The notes under the pieces are model-generated. The model searched no databases. It was not told where the DNA came from and was given only the letters and a program-made list of their open reading frames with translations. Below are positions 1 through 7,482 of a stretch of 50,910 bases of DNA, piece after piece. The number at the start of each line of letters is the position of its first letter. The first letter of the stretch is position 1. The translations under genes were made by a program, and so were the position numbers. The stretch comes from a virus: IMG/VR virus record IMGVR_UViG_3300033475_000035; one strand, given 5' to 3'.

Positions 1-127
1 TGGGGTTCTTCGGGGATAGGAGCCTCTGAAGAATATTGATCTAACTCTATGCAGGGGTAATCTTCTGGATTTTGCATGTGAAGACTAAAGTCAAGATTAT
101 ATAAAGCATTAAGTAATTCTCTCTTTA
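1..127. repeat. Exact 127-bp terminal direct repeat, copy 1 (identical to 50784-50910). Circular-closure overlap of the contig.
   Basis: Compared base by base: tggggttcttcgggg...tctctcttta is identical at both ends. Confidence 0.95.
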
Positions 128-290
128 TATGGATGCTTGGCTCAGTTTGAATTAATCTAGCTATACGATGCCAATCCATAATCTTGTCACAAATACGATT
201 AATGTCGGAAACTTCCTTGGCAAGCCTAACCATTCTTGCGGTTTCTTCAAAGCATTCATCATGTTCACGCGTTAACAAAGAGTCAGTCAT
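1..290 (-). CDS. 5' part of the junction-spanning gene. The start codon is at 288-290 and the ORF continues across the circular junction to 50570. Hypothetical protein with an alpha-CTD-like HhH C-terminus.
   Basis: Manual reverse translation gives MTDSLLTREHDECFEETARMV...SLHMQNPEDYPC with no stop. GGAG lies 7 nt upstream of the ATG. The reading frame joins the 50570-50860 ORF. Confidence 0.7.
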   Translation of the reverse strand, partial: MTDSLLTREHDECFEETARMVRLAKEVSDINRICDKIMDWHRIARLIQTEPSIHIKRELLNALYNLDFSLHMQNPEDYPCIELDQYSSEAPIPEEP

Positions 291-456
291 ATTTATCTCC
301 AATTTTAAAAAGTACCCCATCTTAAAGAGTAACTAGCCAAAAGACTATGGCTAATATCTTAACTTATTGTGAGACATTAGCCATACGTGAAAAGCAGGGT
401 TGATAGTATAGCTTATACGTTGTACGGTAGAGCTCTTCACGAAAAAGAGTAAAAAA

Positions 457-1146
457 GTGGATATTATTAATAAGGCTAAAATAGGCTTGAAAGCATTATT
501 TGACAAAAAGTCATTGATATATCAACGCTTATGCTGCCTAAATATAAAGCGCTCAAAACGACAAGAGAGACTTCACGCCATCTCTAGTGTTTGTGATGTT
601 ATGTTAACTCATCTAGAGTTAGCTAGCTTTAGAGTTGGTATTGATGAAGGGAATGGTTTTATTCCTCTTTGTGATCAGGAGTACATTGCTCAAGAAAGTG
701 GTCTCTCTCTTATTCGAGTTAAAAGAGCTTTTGCAGACCTTAAAAAGTCTGGTTATCTTTCAGTAAAGCGTAAGTTCATAAGATGCATAGATGGCTCTAA
801 AAGAGCTTTAACAGCCATCAAAACATTTAGTGAACGTTTCTTCAATGACATTAATGTGCACTCAGCAGTAATAAATAAACAAAGAGAATGGAAAAAAGAG
901 AAACTAAAGCAAAGACAAGACAAGCGAGAAGATGTCAAAAAAATGACGGACTTCACATTGACGAATGCACTAGGAAATATTTTAAATAAAATAAGTGCAA
1001 AACCAGTTAAAAATACTGGCAGTGATTTAAGCGCCGAGTTGAAAAAGAGAATAATTACAGAGGCTTACAATATTGCAGGGAATGATATTCAAAAATATCG
1101 GATTATTTATGACCAACTCATAGCTCACTATCAAAAACTACTTTGA
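457..1146 (+). CDS. Replication initiator-like protein (plasmid IncFII RepA-like pattern with a winged-helix segment)
   Basis: GTG start. The segment RSKRQERLHAISSV...GLSLIRVKRAFADLKKSGYLSV...FFNDINV...REWKKEKLKQRQ parallels the RepA layout RRRAIDALL...SITRATRALTFLSELGLI...VWENKQRKKQ as I recall it. Confidence 0.5.
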   Translation: MDIINKAKIGLKALFDKKSLIYQRLCCLNIKRSKRQERLHAISSVCDVMLTHLELASFRVGIDEGNGFIPLCDQEYIAQESGLSLIRVKRAFADLKKSGYLSVKRKFIRCIDGSKRALTAIKTFSERFFNDINVHSAVINKQREWKKEKLKQRQDKREDVKKMTDFTLTNALGNILNKISAKPVKNTGSDLSAELKKRIITEAYNIAGNDIQKYRIIYDQLIAHYQKLL

Positions 1147-1437
1147 GCAGTTACAAATGTTAACGAGCTTTATTTCCATAAACTCAAAAGATGCAAAAAT
1201 ATTGGCATTTAACGAGCTATTAGCATACAAGAAACATCAAAAAAACCATTAATTTGACGGAAAACATGAATTCATTAACTGGGTTTATAAGGAGGAAAAT
1301 ATTTTGATTAAAATTAAGTGATACCTATATTTGAGTTAAGTGAGACCTGATAAAACATGTAAGATATAAACATATATTAGCTACAGCATTAAATATTTGT
1401 ATTTGACATTACATAAATTATTAACAATACTGAAAAT
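1147..1437. promoter_or_regulatory. AT-rich non-coding region with two pairs of direct repeats. Candidate origin or iteron region downstream of the rep-like gene.
   Basis: TTAACGAGCT occurs at 1160-1169 and 1209-1218. TTAAGTGA(T/G)ACC occurs at 1314-1325 and 1336-1347, spaced 22 bp apart. There is no convincing ORF. Confidence 0.4.
1403..1431 (+). promoter_or_regulatory. Sigma-70-like promoter for the receiver operon
   Basis: TTGACA (1403-1408), 17-nt spacer, AATACT (1426-1431). Confidence 0.4.
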
Positions 1438-1461
1438 GTGATTAACCCAAGGAGACTTATT

Positions 1462-1824
1462 ATGTATACAGCGTTACTTATCGAAGATGATCCAATGCAA
1501 GCAAAAATACAGTCACACATGTTAACAGCAGCAGGCTTTGAAGTTACCCATTGCGAAAACGGCTGCAAAGGCATAGGACGTGCATTAAAATCACGTTTTG
1601 ACGTTATTGTAACTGATATTGATTTACCTGACATCCAAGGTGACTCTATTGCAAAGATATTAAGCTCATACTACAATGGCACCGTGCCTATTTATATGCT
1701 TTCAGCAAATCAAGAGCACTTTAAAGTTGGCATAGATGATCATGGCATTGCATGCAGAATGCAAAAACCATTTAATAAAACTATGGCTGCAATGATAAAA
1801 ACTCAAGTTTCAAAGAGGATATGA
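1462..1824 (+). CDS. Stand-alone CheY-like response-regulator receiver domain
   Basis: AAGGAG RBS then ATG 1462. All canonical receiver residues are present: E8-D9-D10, D52 in VIVTDIDLPD, S81 in MLSA, and K102-P103 in QKPF. Confidence 0.85.
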   Translation: MYTALLIEDDPMQAKIQSHMLTAAGFEVTHCENGCKGIGRALKSRFDVIVTDIDLPDIQGDSIAKILSSYYNGTVPIYMLSANQEHFKVGIDDHGIACRMQKPFNKTMAAMIKTQVSKRI

Positions 1825-1825
1825 G

Positions 1826-2167
1826 ATGAGTGAAGATGAAAAAGATTTATCAACTAAAGATAAAATAAAATATGGAAGCGAGTATAATCTTTATACCCTT
1901 ATTGAGTCTCTTCATAAGATGAACATGCATCTAGTGGATTACATTCGCGTGTATCATCAAAAGCAGGTCGAGACACTTAGTAAATTTAATGATAACAATA
2001 AAGATGAAAATATTGATCTCTACCAAGCTGTAAAAGATGGATATGACATGTCGCATAATGTTATTACTTTTCTAAATGCTAACAAGAAAATGCTACATGA
2101 GCTTGAGAAACTGCCTGGAGGAGTTAGACCTAAAGAATCCTATTACTCGGTCTCTGAAGAGCTTTAA
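1826..2167 (+). CDS. Hypothetical protein, translationally coupled to the receiver gene
   Basis: The ATG lies 1 nt after the receiver stop codon. No recognisable motif. Confidence 0.6.
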   Translation: MSEDEKDLSTKDKIKYGSEYNLYTLIESLHKMNMHLVDYIRVYHQKQVETLSKFNDNNKDENIDLYQAVKDGYDMSHNVITFLNANKKMLHELEKLPGGVRPKESYYSVSEEL

Positions 2168-2188
2168 TAGGGCTACAAGACGCTATAA

Positions 2189-2215
2189 CTGTCGATACTT
2201 ATCTGGTATCGACAG
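2189..2215. terminator. Perfect 10-bp hairpin at a convergent gene junction (bidirectional terminator candidate)
   Basis: CTGTCGATAC ttatctg GTATCGACAG. Confidence 0.55.
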
Positions 2216-2335
2216 GTCTCTTTCAAAGCTAAGGTAAAGTTGACAAGGATAATAACCCGTTGTACCATAAAATGGCTAAAACAGGGGTTGGTTAATTACC
2301 TCATCTATAACCTGCTACGTACCTTGTTTTAGCAA

Positions 2336-2713
2336 TTAATCAAACCTGATACGTCTTTTATATTTCTTGAAATACATTTCATTAAGATTATATTTATCCC
2401 AATTATCCCAAACTTGTAACTTCTTAGAATAACTATGAACGATAGCCTCTTCAAGAAGGCTGGGTCTTTTACATTTGACTTTGTCTTGCTTTATACAAGG
2501 AACTCTCCTAGAGGGAATAAATACAGATTGAACACTTCCTTGTTCCCAACTCTTAAAACTTGCCTTTAGTTCTTCCTGGACACATCTAAATTTTTTTTTA
2601 TGATCATGAAGAGCATAAATTGAGGGGGAGTCATGCCTGACAGAGGTAATAATTATGTCTTTCTTTTTAAACAAATTTTTAAAATAACTTATAAATATCT
2701 CTAGATATTTCAT
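2336..2713 (-). CDS. Hypothetical protein
   Basis: An internal ATG (MKYLEIF...) is preceded by GGAGG. The longer track ORF lacks an RBS. Confidence 0.6.
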   Translation of the reverse strand: MKYLEIFISYFKNLFKKKDIIITSVRHDSPSIYALHDHKKKFRCVQEELKASFKSWEQGSVQSVFIPSRRVPCIKQDKVKCKRPSLLEEAIVHSYSKKLQVWDNWDKYNLNEMYFKKYKRRIRFD

Positions 2714-2777
2714 GTTACCTCCTAAGCCACCATCACGATAACAAGTACTATTTAATAATATCCTATGTTTTCTCGTT

Positions 2778-3158
2778 TTAAGCATAAAATTCGTTAGAGA
2801 AATCAAATATCTCTATAGAAATACCCTCTTCATCATGAGGGTTATAAAGCTTGTAAGCGCGCATAAAGACTATCTGGCTATCATCATTGTATGCAAGTCC
2901 ATTACACGCGTCTAAAACCGCTTTTACGCAATTATCTATGTCTATCTTCCTGTTGTTTTTTAGTATGAATTTTATATCCGCTCCTATAAGCCCATTCATG
3001 GGGCTATAAAGGCCATTTTTTAACATGCAAGCCTTAACATGCCACGCTATCTCCGTTTCATATTCCTTCGTCTGTTTAGGCGTATAAACCCCCTTAGCGC
3101 CAATTCTTGGCCTTTGTTTACTCCGAATCTTTGTTTTTATATGGAGCTTAAGGTTCAT
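2778..3158 (-). CDS. rusA: RusA-family Holliday junction resolvase
   Basis: IDIDNCVKAVLDACNGLAYNDDSQIV matches the RusA D-x-D-N...K-A..D-A....D-D-x-Q-V core. Confidence 0.85.
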   Translation of the reverse strand: MNLKLHIKTKIRSKQRPRIGAKGVYTPKQTKEYETEIAWHVKACMLKNGLYSPMNGLIGADIKFILKNNRKIDIDNCVKAVLDACNGLAYNDDSQIVFMRAYKLYNPHDEEGISIEIFDFSNEFYA

Positions 3159-3367
3159 TCCGGTCTAGCTTCTAAAATCATAATGACACTTCTAAGACCA
3201 TGAATAAGTCCTTGAATAAAGTTATATTGCCTTTTAAACTCCTCATCTCCTCCCAGAGCCCGAGACATTTGTGATAGACTCTTAAGCTCTTGAAGCTTCC
3301 TATTTTGAATTTCTAGGAGTTTTTTCGCGAATTTCTCAGTAAAATCAAGATGTTCTCTATCGCCCAT
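3155..3367 (-). CDS. Hypothetical protein
   Basis: ORF with a 4-nt overlap to rusA, in an operon context. Confidence 0.6.
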   Translation of the reverse strand: MGDREHLDFTEKFAKKLLEIQNRKLQELKSLSQMSRALGGDEEFKRQYNFIQGLIHGLRSVIMILEARPE

Positions 3368-3554
3368 CTGTATTCTCCATTTTTATCCTATAAAGCTCCT
3401 GATTCCTTGATATAAACAAATCCCCATCATGCGCATGGTGTAACACTGACAATGCATTCATTATCAGTGAATTTATATCCCCCACCTTATAATGCTTTAC
3501 TAAATAATCAAGCGCTACCATCTCTTCATCAGTAAAATCTATTTCTATTTTCAT
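3357..3554 (-). CDS. Hypothetical protein
   Basis: ATG (MKIEIDFTDEEM) immediately after the hfq stop codon. Confidence 0.5.
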   Translation of the reverse strand: MKIEIDFTDEEMVALDYLVKHYKVGDINSLIMNALSVLHHAHDGDLFISRNQELYRIKMENTDGR

Positions 3555-3555
3555 A

Positions 3556-3819
3556 TTAATACCTGTACATCTCATCTTCAGAAGAGGTCAGATTGAAAAC
3601 GAGATTCTTAGGAACAATAGAAGAGATAGCAGTTTTATAAATAATCTGACTTGAAGTCGATTCAAGATTGACTAACAATATGCAGGTTCTATTAAACTCT
3701 TGAATATGCCCTGAGAGCTTGATGCCATTTACTAAATATATATTCACCTCACTTCTTCTTCTTTTAAGCTCTTTAAATAAACGATATTCGAGATGATCTT
3801 CTCTTGGTTTTTGTAACAT
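3556..3819 (-). CDS. hfq: Hfq-like Sm-fold RNA chaperone
   Basis: [25 protein letters not shown]...[13 protein letters not shown] aligns with E. coli Hfq [25 protein letters not shown]...QMVYKHAISTVVP. AAGAGGA RBS. Confidence 0.9.
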   Translation of the reverse strand: [87 protein letters not shown]

Positions 3820-3861
3820 TTTATTCCTCTTTTAGCATTTGTTTGTGTAAATAAAAATAAC

Positions 3862-4065
3862 TTATAAAAGAAAGGTCGATATAATGGACTTCTTTGGTAT
3901 TTTCCAGTATTTTTGTCCTGTTTGCGTTTCCATCAACTTCGCTCTTTTTAATCTGCCATTTTGGCATGCCATGGCTAAACATCTCGGCGTTCTTTCTACA
4001 CCATGGAAATTCAGAAAGCTTATGGCCTCTTTAATAGTAAGATAGTTTTTTTCCACTTTGATCAC
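3862..4065 (-). CDS. Excisionase/AlpA-like HTH DNA-binding protein, first gene of the leftward operon
   Basis: GTG start after GGAGGGAGG. YLTIKEAISFLN...WKIPKKSI resembles 11484-11699. Confidence 0.55.
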   Translation of the reverse strand: MIKVEKNYLTIKEAISFLNFHGVERTPRCLAMACQNGRLKRAKLMETQTGQKYWKIPKKSIISTFLL

Positions 4066-4202
4066 TAGTCCTCCCTCCTGTCATTAAATTAACCCATACA
4101 TTATGGTTCCACATATAGAAGAAGTCAAATTCTTTTTAAAAAGTTTGATTTTTTTTTAGATGTTGCTATTCTAATACCAAATCATAGGTTAAAGAGGGTG
4201 TG

Positions 4203-4775
4203 ATGGCTAATAAAAAAGGCCGGTCTTCTATTAAAGGTGAGATAGAAGCAGGAAGACCGAGCATGTTAACAAAAGAGACTCACGACAAAATAGTTTATGC
4301 GGTAGGGAAAGGTGCCACATATCTTTTAGCGGCTGAATATGCGCGCATTTCGAAGGAGACATTACGAAGGTGGAAAGCGTGGGGAGAGCAGTTTGAGAGT
4401 GAATTTATCGATGAAAAAATGGATAGCATGACCGCGGAAGAAAAAAAGACTTACCTTGAAGAAATAAGTCAGTTGGAGCGCTATAAGTACTATGCATTAT
4501 GTGTATCTCTACGCGAGGCAAGGGCTACTGATGCCTTGGCTTTATTAGATAGGATAGATGCTGCTTGTGCAGAGGCTAAAGGCTGGGGTGCTGCTGCGTG
4601 GAAATTGGAAAGGGTTCATAGCTATACTGAGAAAAGAGTTGTAGAGAGTAATATTGAGCTTAATGGCAAGGTAGCTAATTTCAATGCTGATATGACAAAT
4701 ATGACTGAAGAGCAGGCGGTTAATCTTTATAAAGATTTCTTAAATAGTCTTTCGAGTCAAGAAGGAGACTTGTGA
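4203..4775 (+). CDS. HTH protein with a terminase-small-subunit-like N-terminus (early regulator or TerS candidate)
   Basis: GRPSMLTKETHDKIVYAVGKGATYLLAAEYARISKETLRRW resembles the common GRPSKY...TIYRW TerS N-terminal HTH. It lies 12 kb from terL. Confidence 0.6.
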   Translation: MANKKGRSSIKGEIEAGRPSMLTKETHDKIVYAVGKGATYLLAAEYARISKETLRRWKAWGEQFESEFIDEKMDSMTAEEKKTYLEEISQLERYKYYALCVSLREARATDALALLDRIDAACAEAKGWGAAAWKLERVHSYTEKRVVESNIELNGKVANFNADMTNMTEEQAVNLYKDFLNSLSSQEGDL

Positions 4776-4825
4776 GAAATGTAATAATGGACTTTAATTA
4801 AATCAGAATTGATATAGGTGGAAAA

Positions 4826-5050
4826 ATGCTTAGCGAAGAAGATGTAAAATTAATACATGAGGCAGCAATTCTTTATAAAGACGTCTTGCGTAGAGGAACA
4901 TTATCGTTATCAGATTTAAAGCAGATTTTTGATGAGATGATGGATAGTGGCAAGTTAGAATGGGAAAATAAAATGAGGCATTCATTTATAGAAATATTTG
5001 CCACACATGGGATTGATTGTAGTATCTTTTTGAAAGACTATAAAAAATAA
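4826..5050 (+). CDS. Hypothetical protein, paralogue of 5467-5715
   Basis: AGGTGG RBS. The shared C-terminus is FATHGIDCSIFLKDYKK versus FASHGIDATIFLKDFKG. Confidence 0.65.
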   Translation: MLSEEDVKLIHEAAILYKDVLRRGTLSLSDLKQIFDEMMDSGKLEWENKMRHSFIEIFATHGIDCSIFLKDYKK

Positions 5051-5065
5051 TGATTGGGGTGATAA

Positions 5066-5323
5066 ATGATATTTGAGGAGCATGAGGGAAAGCAGGCTGT
5101 TGTTTTTGATTTATCAAAATCTGGTAGCGATCGCCTGTGCCGATTGTTACGTAAAAAATTTATTCTACCTCTTGGTAGTAAACGTCATTTATCTCTAGAG
5201 AAGCATGGAGATTATATACAGGCGTTTGTTGATATGGGTTTTCCAGGCTCTGCCATGTTAAAGTCGGTGCTGGAGCAGTTTGGTGAAGCAATAATCTATT
5301 TTAATTTAAAAAAAACAGAATGA
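5066..5323 (+). CDS. Hypothetical protein
   Basis: ORF with a GGGGTG RBS. Confidence 0.6.
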   Translation: MIFEEHEGKQAVVFDLSKSGSDRLCRLLRKKFILPLGSKRHLSLEKHGDYIQAFVDMGFPGSAMLKSVLEQFGEAIIYFNLKKTE

Positions 5324-5451
5324 AAGATTTTTTAACAATGTTCCTGTTGATTTTCTTTATTTTTTTGTTACTATGTGTATTACTGGGTGTGGGGGGATTG
5401 TTGGTTCTTTCTATTGACCAGGCTATGATTGATTTGGGGATGTATAATTAA
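5320..5451 (+). CDS. Small hydrophobic membrane peptide (43 aa), not in the ORF track
   Basis: ATGA overlap with the upstream stop codon. Translation is MKDFLTMFLLIFFIFLLLCVLLGVGGLLVLSIDQAMIDLGMYN. It fills an otherwise empty gap. Confidence 0.4.
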   Translation: MKDFLTMFLLIFFIFLLLCVLLGVGGLLVLSIDQAMIDLGMYN

Positions 5452-5466
5452 AAAGGAGATAGTTAA

Positions 5467-5715
5467 ATGAATGAAGATGTGCTAAGTGATGTGGTTAGGG
5501 CGCAGGTGATATTGCTTCTTAATGATGTAGCAGCAGAATATAAGGAGAAGGAGAGCAGGGGAGTGCTAACTATTACTGACCTGAAAAGGATTTTCGATCA
5601 TATCATCGAAAAGACGGTTTGTGATTATGAAAAAGAAATTAGAGCGACCTGTGTTGAGGTATTTGCTTCGCACGGGATTGATGCAACTATTTTCTTGAAG
5701 GACTTTAAAGGATAA
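5467..5715 (+). CDS. Hypothetical protein, paralogue of 4826-5050
   Basis: AAAGGAG RBS. Shares the motif TL(S/T)..DLK.IFD and the C-terminus. Confidence 0.65.
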   Translation: MNEDVLSDVVRAQVILLLNDVAAEYKEKESRGVLTITDLKRIFDHIIEKTVCDYEKEIRATCVEVFASHGIDATIFLKDFKG

Positions 5716-5752
5716 AGATTAAAAAATATATATTATTTAATAGGAGGTTAAA

Positions 5753-5968
5753 ATGCCTGGATTAGTGTTAACAAGGAGAGTAGGTGAGTCAGTTTTCATT
5801 GGAAGAAAAATAAAGGTGACAGTTATTTCTGCCGCAGGAGGTCAGGCCAAAATTCGGTTTGATGCCCCTGAGGAAGTTGAAATTCACCGAGAAGAGGTTC
5901 TAAATAGAATCTTAGGTGTGGAAGAAGACGGCGATTTCGCCAAGGATGAGCATCAGAACCATGACTAA
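5753..5968 (+). CDS. csrA: CsrA/RsmA-family translational regulator
   Basis: LVLTRRVGESVFIG..IKVTVI...IRFDAPEEVEIHREEV aligns with CsrA [22 protein letters not shown]...IGVNAPKEVSVHREEI. AGGAGG RBS. Confidence 0.9.
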   Translation: MPGLVLTRRVGESVFIGRKIKVTVISAAGGQAKIRFDAPEEVEIHREEVLNRILGVEEDGDFAKDEHQNHD

Positions 5969-6152
5969 GATTGTCGCAAGTCTAGATAATTACATTGCCC
6001 TTTTGAATATGATTAAAGAGTTATATCCGAATGCTACGATAACTCATGATTCCGATATCAATATAAATGTTGAAGTTGAACATCAAATTACGAATATTTG
6101 TATTCGTGGTTATTTACATGATGGAGGTATGGATAGTGTTGACGAATATTGA
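5961..6152 (+). CDS. Hypothetical protein
   Basis: The ATG overlaps the csrA stop region. The upstream part of the track ORF lies inside csrA. Confidence 0.5.
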   Translation: MTKIVASLDNYIALLNMIKELYPNATITHDSDININVEVEHQITNICIRGYLHDGGMDSVDEY

Positions 6153-6264
6153 AGATATTGTGCTTTTTAACGAAGAAATAGACATACTCAAGCAGAGTGT
6201 CATGGAGATGGCTCATAAATGGGATGTTAGTGTACCTATTTGTAGTGAAGATGATAAGGAGTAA
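6136..6264 (+). CDS. Small hypothetical protein (start uncertain; ATG 6118 and 6121 are alternatives)
   Basis: GGAGG at 6123-6127, 8 nt before GTG 6136. Confidence 0.3.
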   Translation: MLTNIEDIVLFNEEIDILKQSVMEMAHKWDVSVPICSEDDKE

Positions 6265-6268
6265 AGAA

Positions 6269-6514
6269 ATGTCACGTAATTTGTATGCCTGTTTGACGCC
6301 TATTGAATACTTCGTCGGTGGTGGGGAATTGATAGATATTTTAACCAAGCACTGTGAGCGAAGTGGACGTAGATCAGATTTGCGGGATGTGATGGTAAAT
6401 GCTAATGATATACCATATTTTTATGGTCTAGCTGATGGAGGGATTGAAGGGGCACAGAAAATAATTGATTTGATAGAAAAGTATGGGTCCATTGAATTAA
6501 AGGTGCGTTATTAA
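6269..6514 (+). CDS. Hypothetical protein, paralogue of 9360-9614
   Basis: AGGAG RBS. MSRNLYA... and the C-terminus GIEGAQKIIDLIEKYGSIELKVRY match MSRSLHA...GVDGAQRLLDLIEKYDSIEVYVQY. Confidence 0.6.
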   Translation: MSRNLYACLTPIEYFVGGGELIDILTKHCERSGRRSDLRDVMVNANDIPYFYGLADGGIEGAQKIIDLIEKYGSIELKVRY

Positions 6515-6564
6515 AGCTGCAGATTACATGTAATACATGTTTAAACAAAAATAGGAGGATAAGC

Positions 6565-6864
6565 ATGAATATAGAGATAAAACCAGAAGATATAGATAAG
6601 ATAGTTAAAGACGCAATTTTAAATTCATCACTAGGTAGTATTATCACTGATATAGTTAAGGAGTGTCTTGACCCAAGGAATATCTATCGTAGCGGAATGG
6701 TAAATGTTATTGAATCAGTAGTTAGAGAAACAACAAAAAATATTCTGCGTGATCAGCACTATGATAAGCTCGTGTCTGCAATCAATGAAGGCTTGGAGAA
6801 GAAGTTAACACCAAAATATTTTAATAAAATAGTTGATAAAGTATTACAGGAGATTATGGATTAA
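6565..6864 (+). CDS. Hypothetical protein
   Basis: AGGAGG RBS and a clean ORF. Confidence 0.65.
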   Translation: MNIEIKPEDIDKIVKDAILNSSLGSIITDIVKECLDPRNIYRSGMVNVIESVVRETTKNILRDQHYDKLVSAINEGLEKKLTPKYFNKIVDKVLQEIMD

Positions 6865-6888
6865 TTATATTAATAAAGGGAAAAAACA

Positions 6889-7482
6889 ATGACAGCAGAT
6901 AAACGTACAGTATCAACAGATGCTTTAGAAACGCTAGGCATGATACACACTAAAGAAGAATTCAGGGATGCTATTCATTTAGCAGTTATTCCTGCAGTTG
7001 CTGGCCAGCTTTTGGATATTGGTACGCATGTAATGCTTCAGGATGGTATTGCGTCTATGGCCAAACCATATGGCCCGGAGGCGATAGGTATAGTTGACCC
7101 CTTTTTAAAAAAACATGTAAGCCCCGGAGAGAAATTCTGGGTAGTCATTTATCCTCGTCAAATAAACTCTTTACGTCACGTTTGGACTCACCCTAAAATT
7201 GATATTGAAGTTGATTCATCGCGTAGCTCTATTGAAGAGAATGCAAAATTTAAGAAATCCTGGGCCTGGATGGAGCGTTATGCATCTTCTTTGGGTGTCG
7301 ATGTTGTTTATCTTATGCGTGGAGCTGGAAATTTTATAGCTACCGGTGAATGTCTCTCTGGCATCAATAACAAGGATAAGGAAGATTGTTACAAGGAAAC
7401 AGATCCGGAGTTTTGGCATCATTATAATATAATTACAGGGTCCGAAATACATGATGTTGATTTCTTTGCGTGTTGTTGCTAG
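6889..7482 (+). CDS. Hypothetical protein (ends in FFACCC)
   Basis: 197-aa ORF with an RBS. No motif recognised. Confidence 0.65.
   Translation: MTADKRTVSTDALETLGMIHTKEEFRDAIHLAVIPAVAGQLLDIGTHVMLQDGIASMAKPYGPEAIGIVDPFLKKHVSPGEKFWVVIYPRQINSLRHVWTHPKIDIEVDSSRSSIEENAKFKKSWAWMERYASSLGVDVVYLMRGAGNFIATGECLSGINNKDKEDCYKETDPEFWHHYNIITGSEIHDVDFFACCC

Noticed and set aside
753-956. Many track ORFs lie antisense to, or out of frame within, longer genes. Examples: 753-956, 1389-1634, 6088-6348, 6402-6647, 7216-7554, 8095-8337, 8411-8602, 9589-9837, 10817-11065, 12911-13093, 14296-14592, 14745-14963, 15400-15664, 15906-16088, 16380-16580, 16899-17102, 17800-18186, 19098-19725, 20352-20543, 21048-21290, 24201-24395, 24959-25174, 25551-25847, 26478-26690, 27090-27828, 28319-28780, 30261-30485, 30841-32403, 32921-33235, 34599-34793, 36171-36773, 39256-39450, 41983-42171, 43009-44529, 45782-45985, 49346-49802 and 50314-50511.
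   Set aside because: They are shadow ORFs, which are expected in AT-rich DNA. They have no RBS, their composition is odd (Ile/Phe/Leu/Ser-rich), and each is fully overlapped by a gene with motif or synteny support.
1157-1252. A 31-codon ORF (MLTSFISINSKDAKILAFNELLAYKKHQKNH) in the candidate ori region
   Set aside because: It has no RBS. The two TTAACGAGCT repeats fall in it in different codon phases, which argues that the repeats are DNA-level signals rather than coding sequence.
2275-2333. A simple rho-independent terminator for the minus-strand operon
   Set aside because: The stem encloses a loop of about 35 nt, and the trailing ATTTTAT is a poor U-tract. I kept it as a low-interest RNA candidate instead. 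The perfect hairpin at 2189-2215 is the better terminator.
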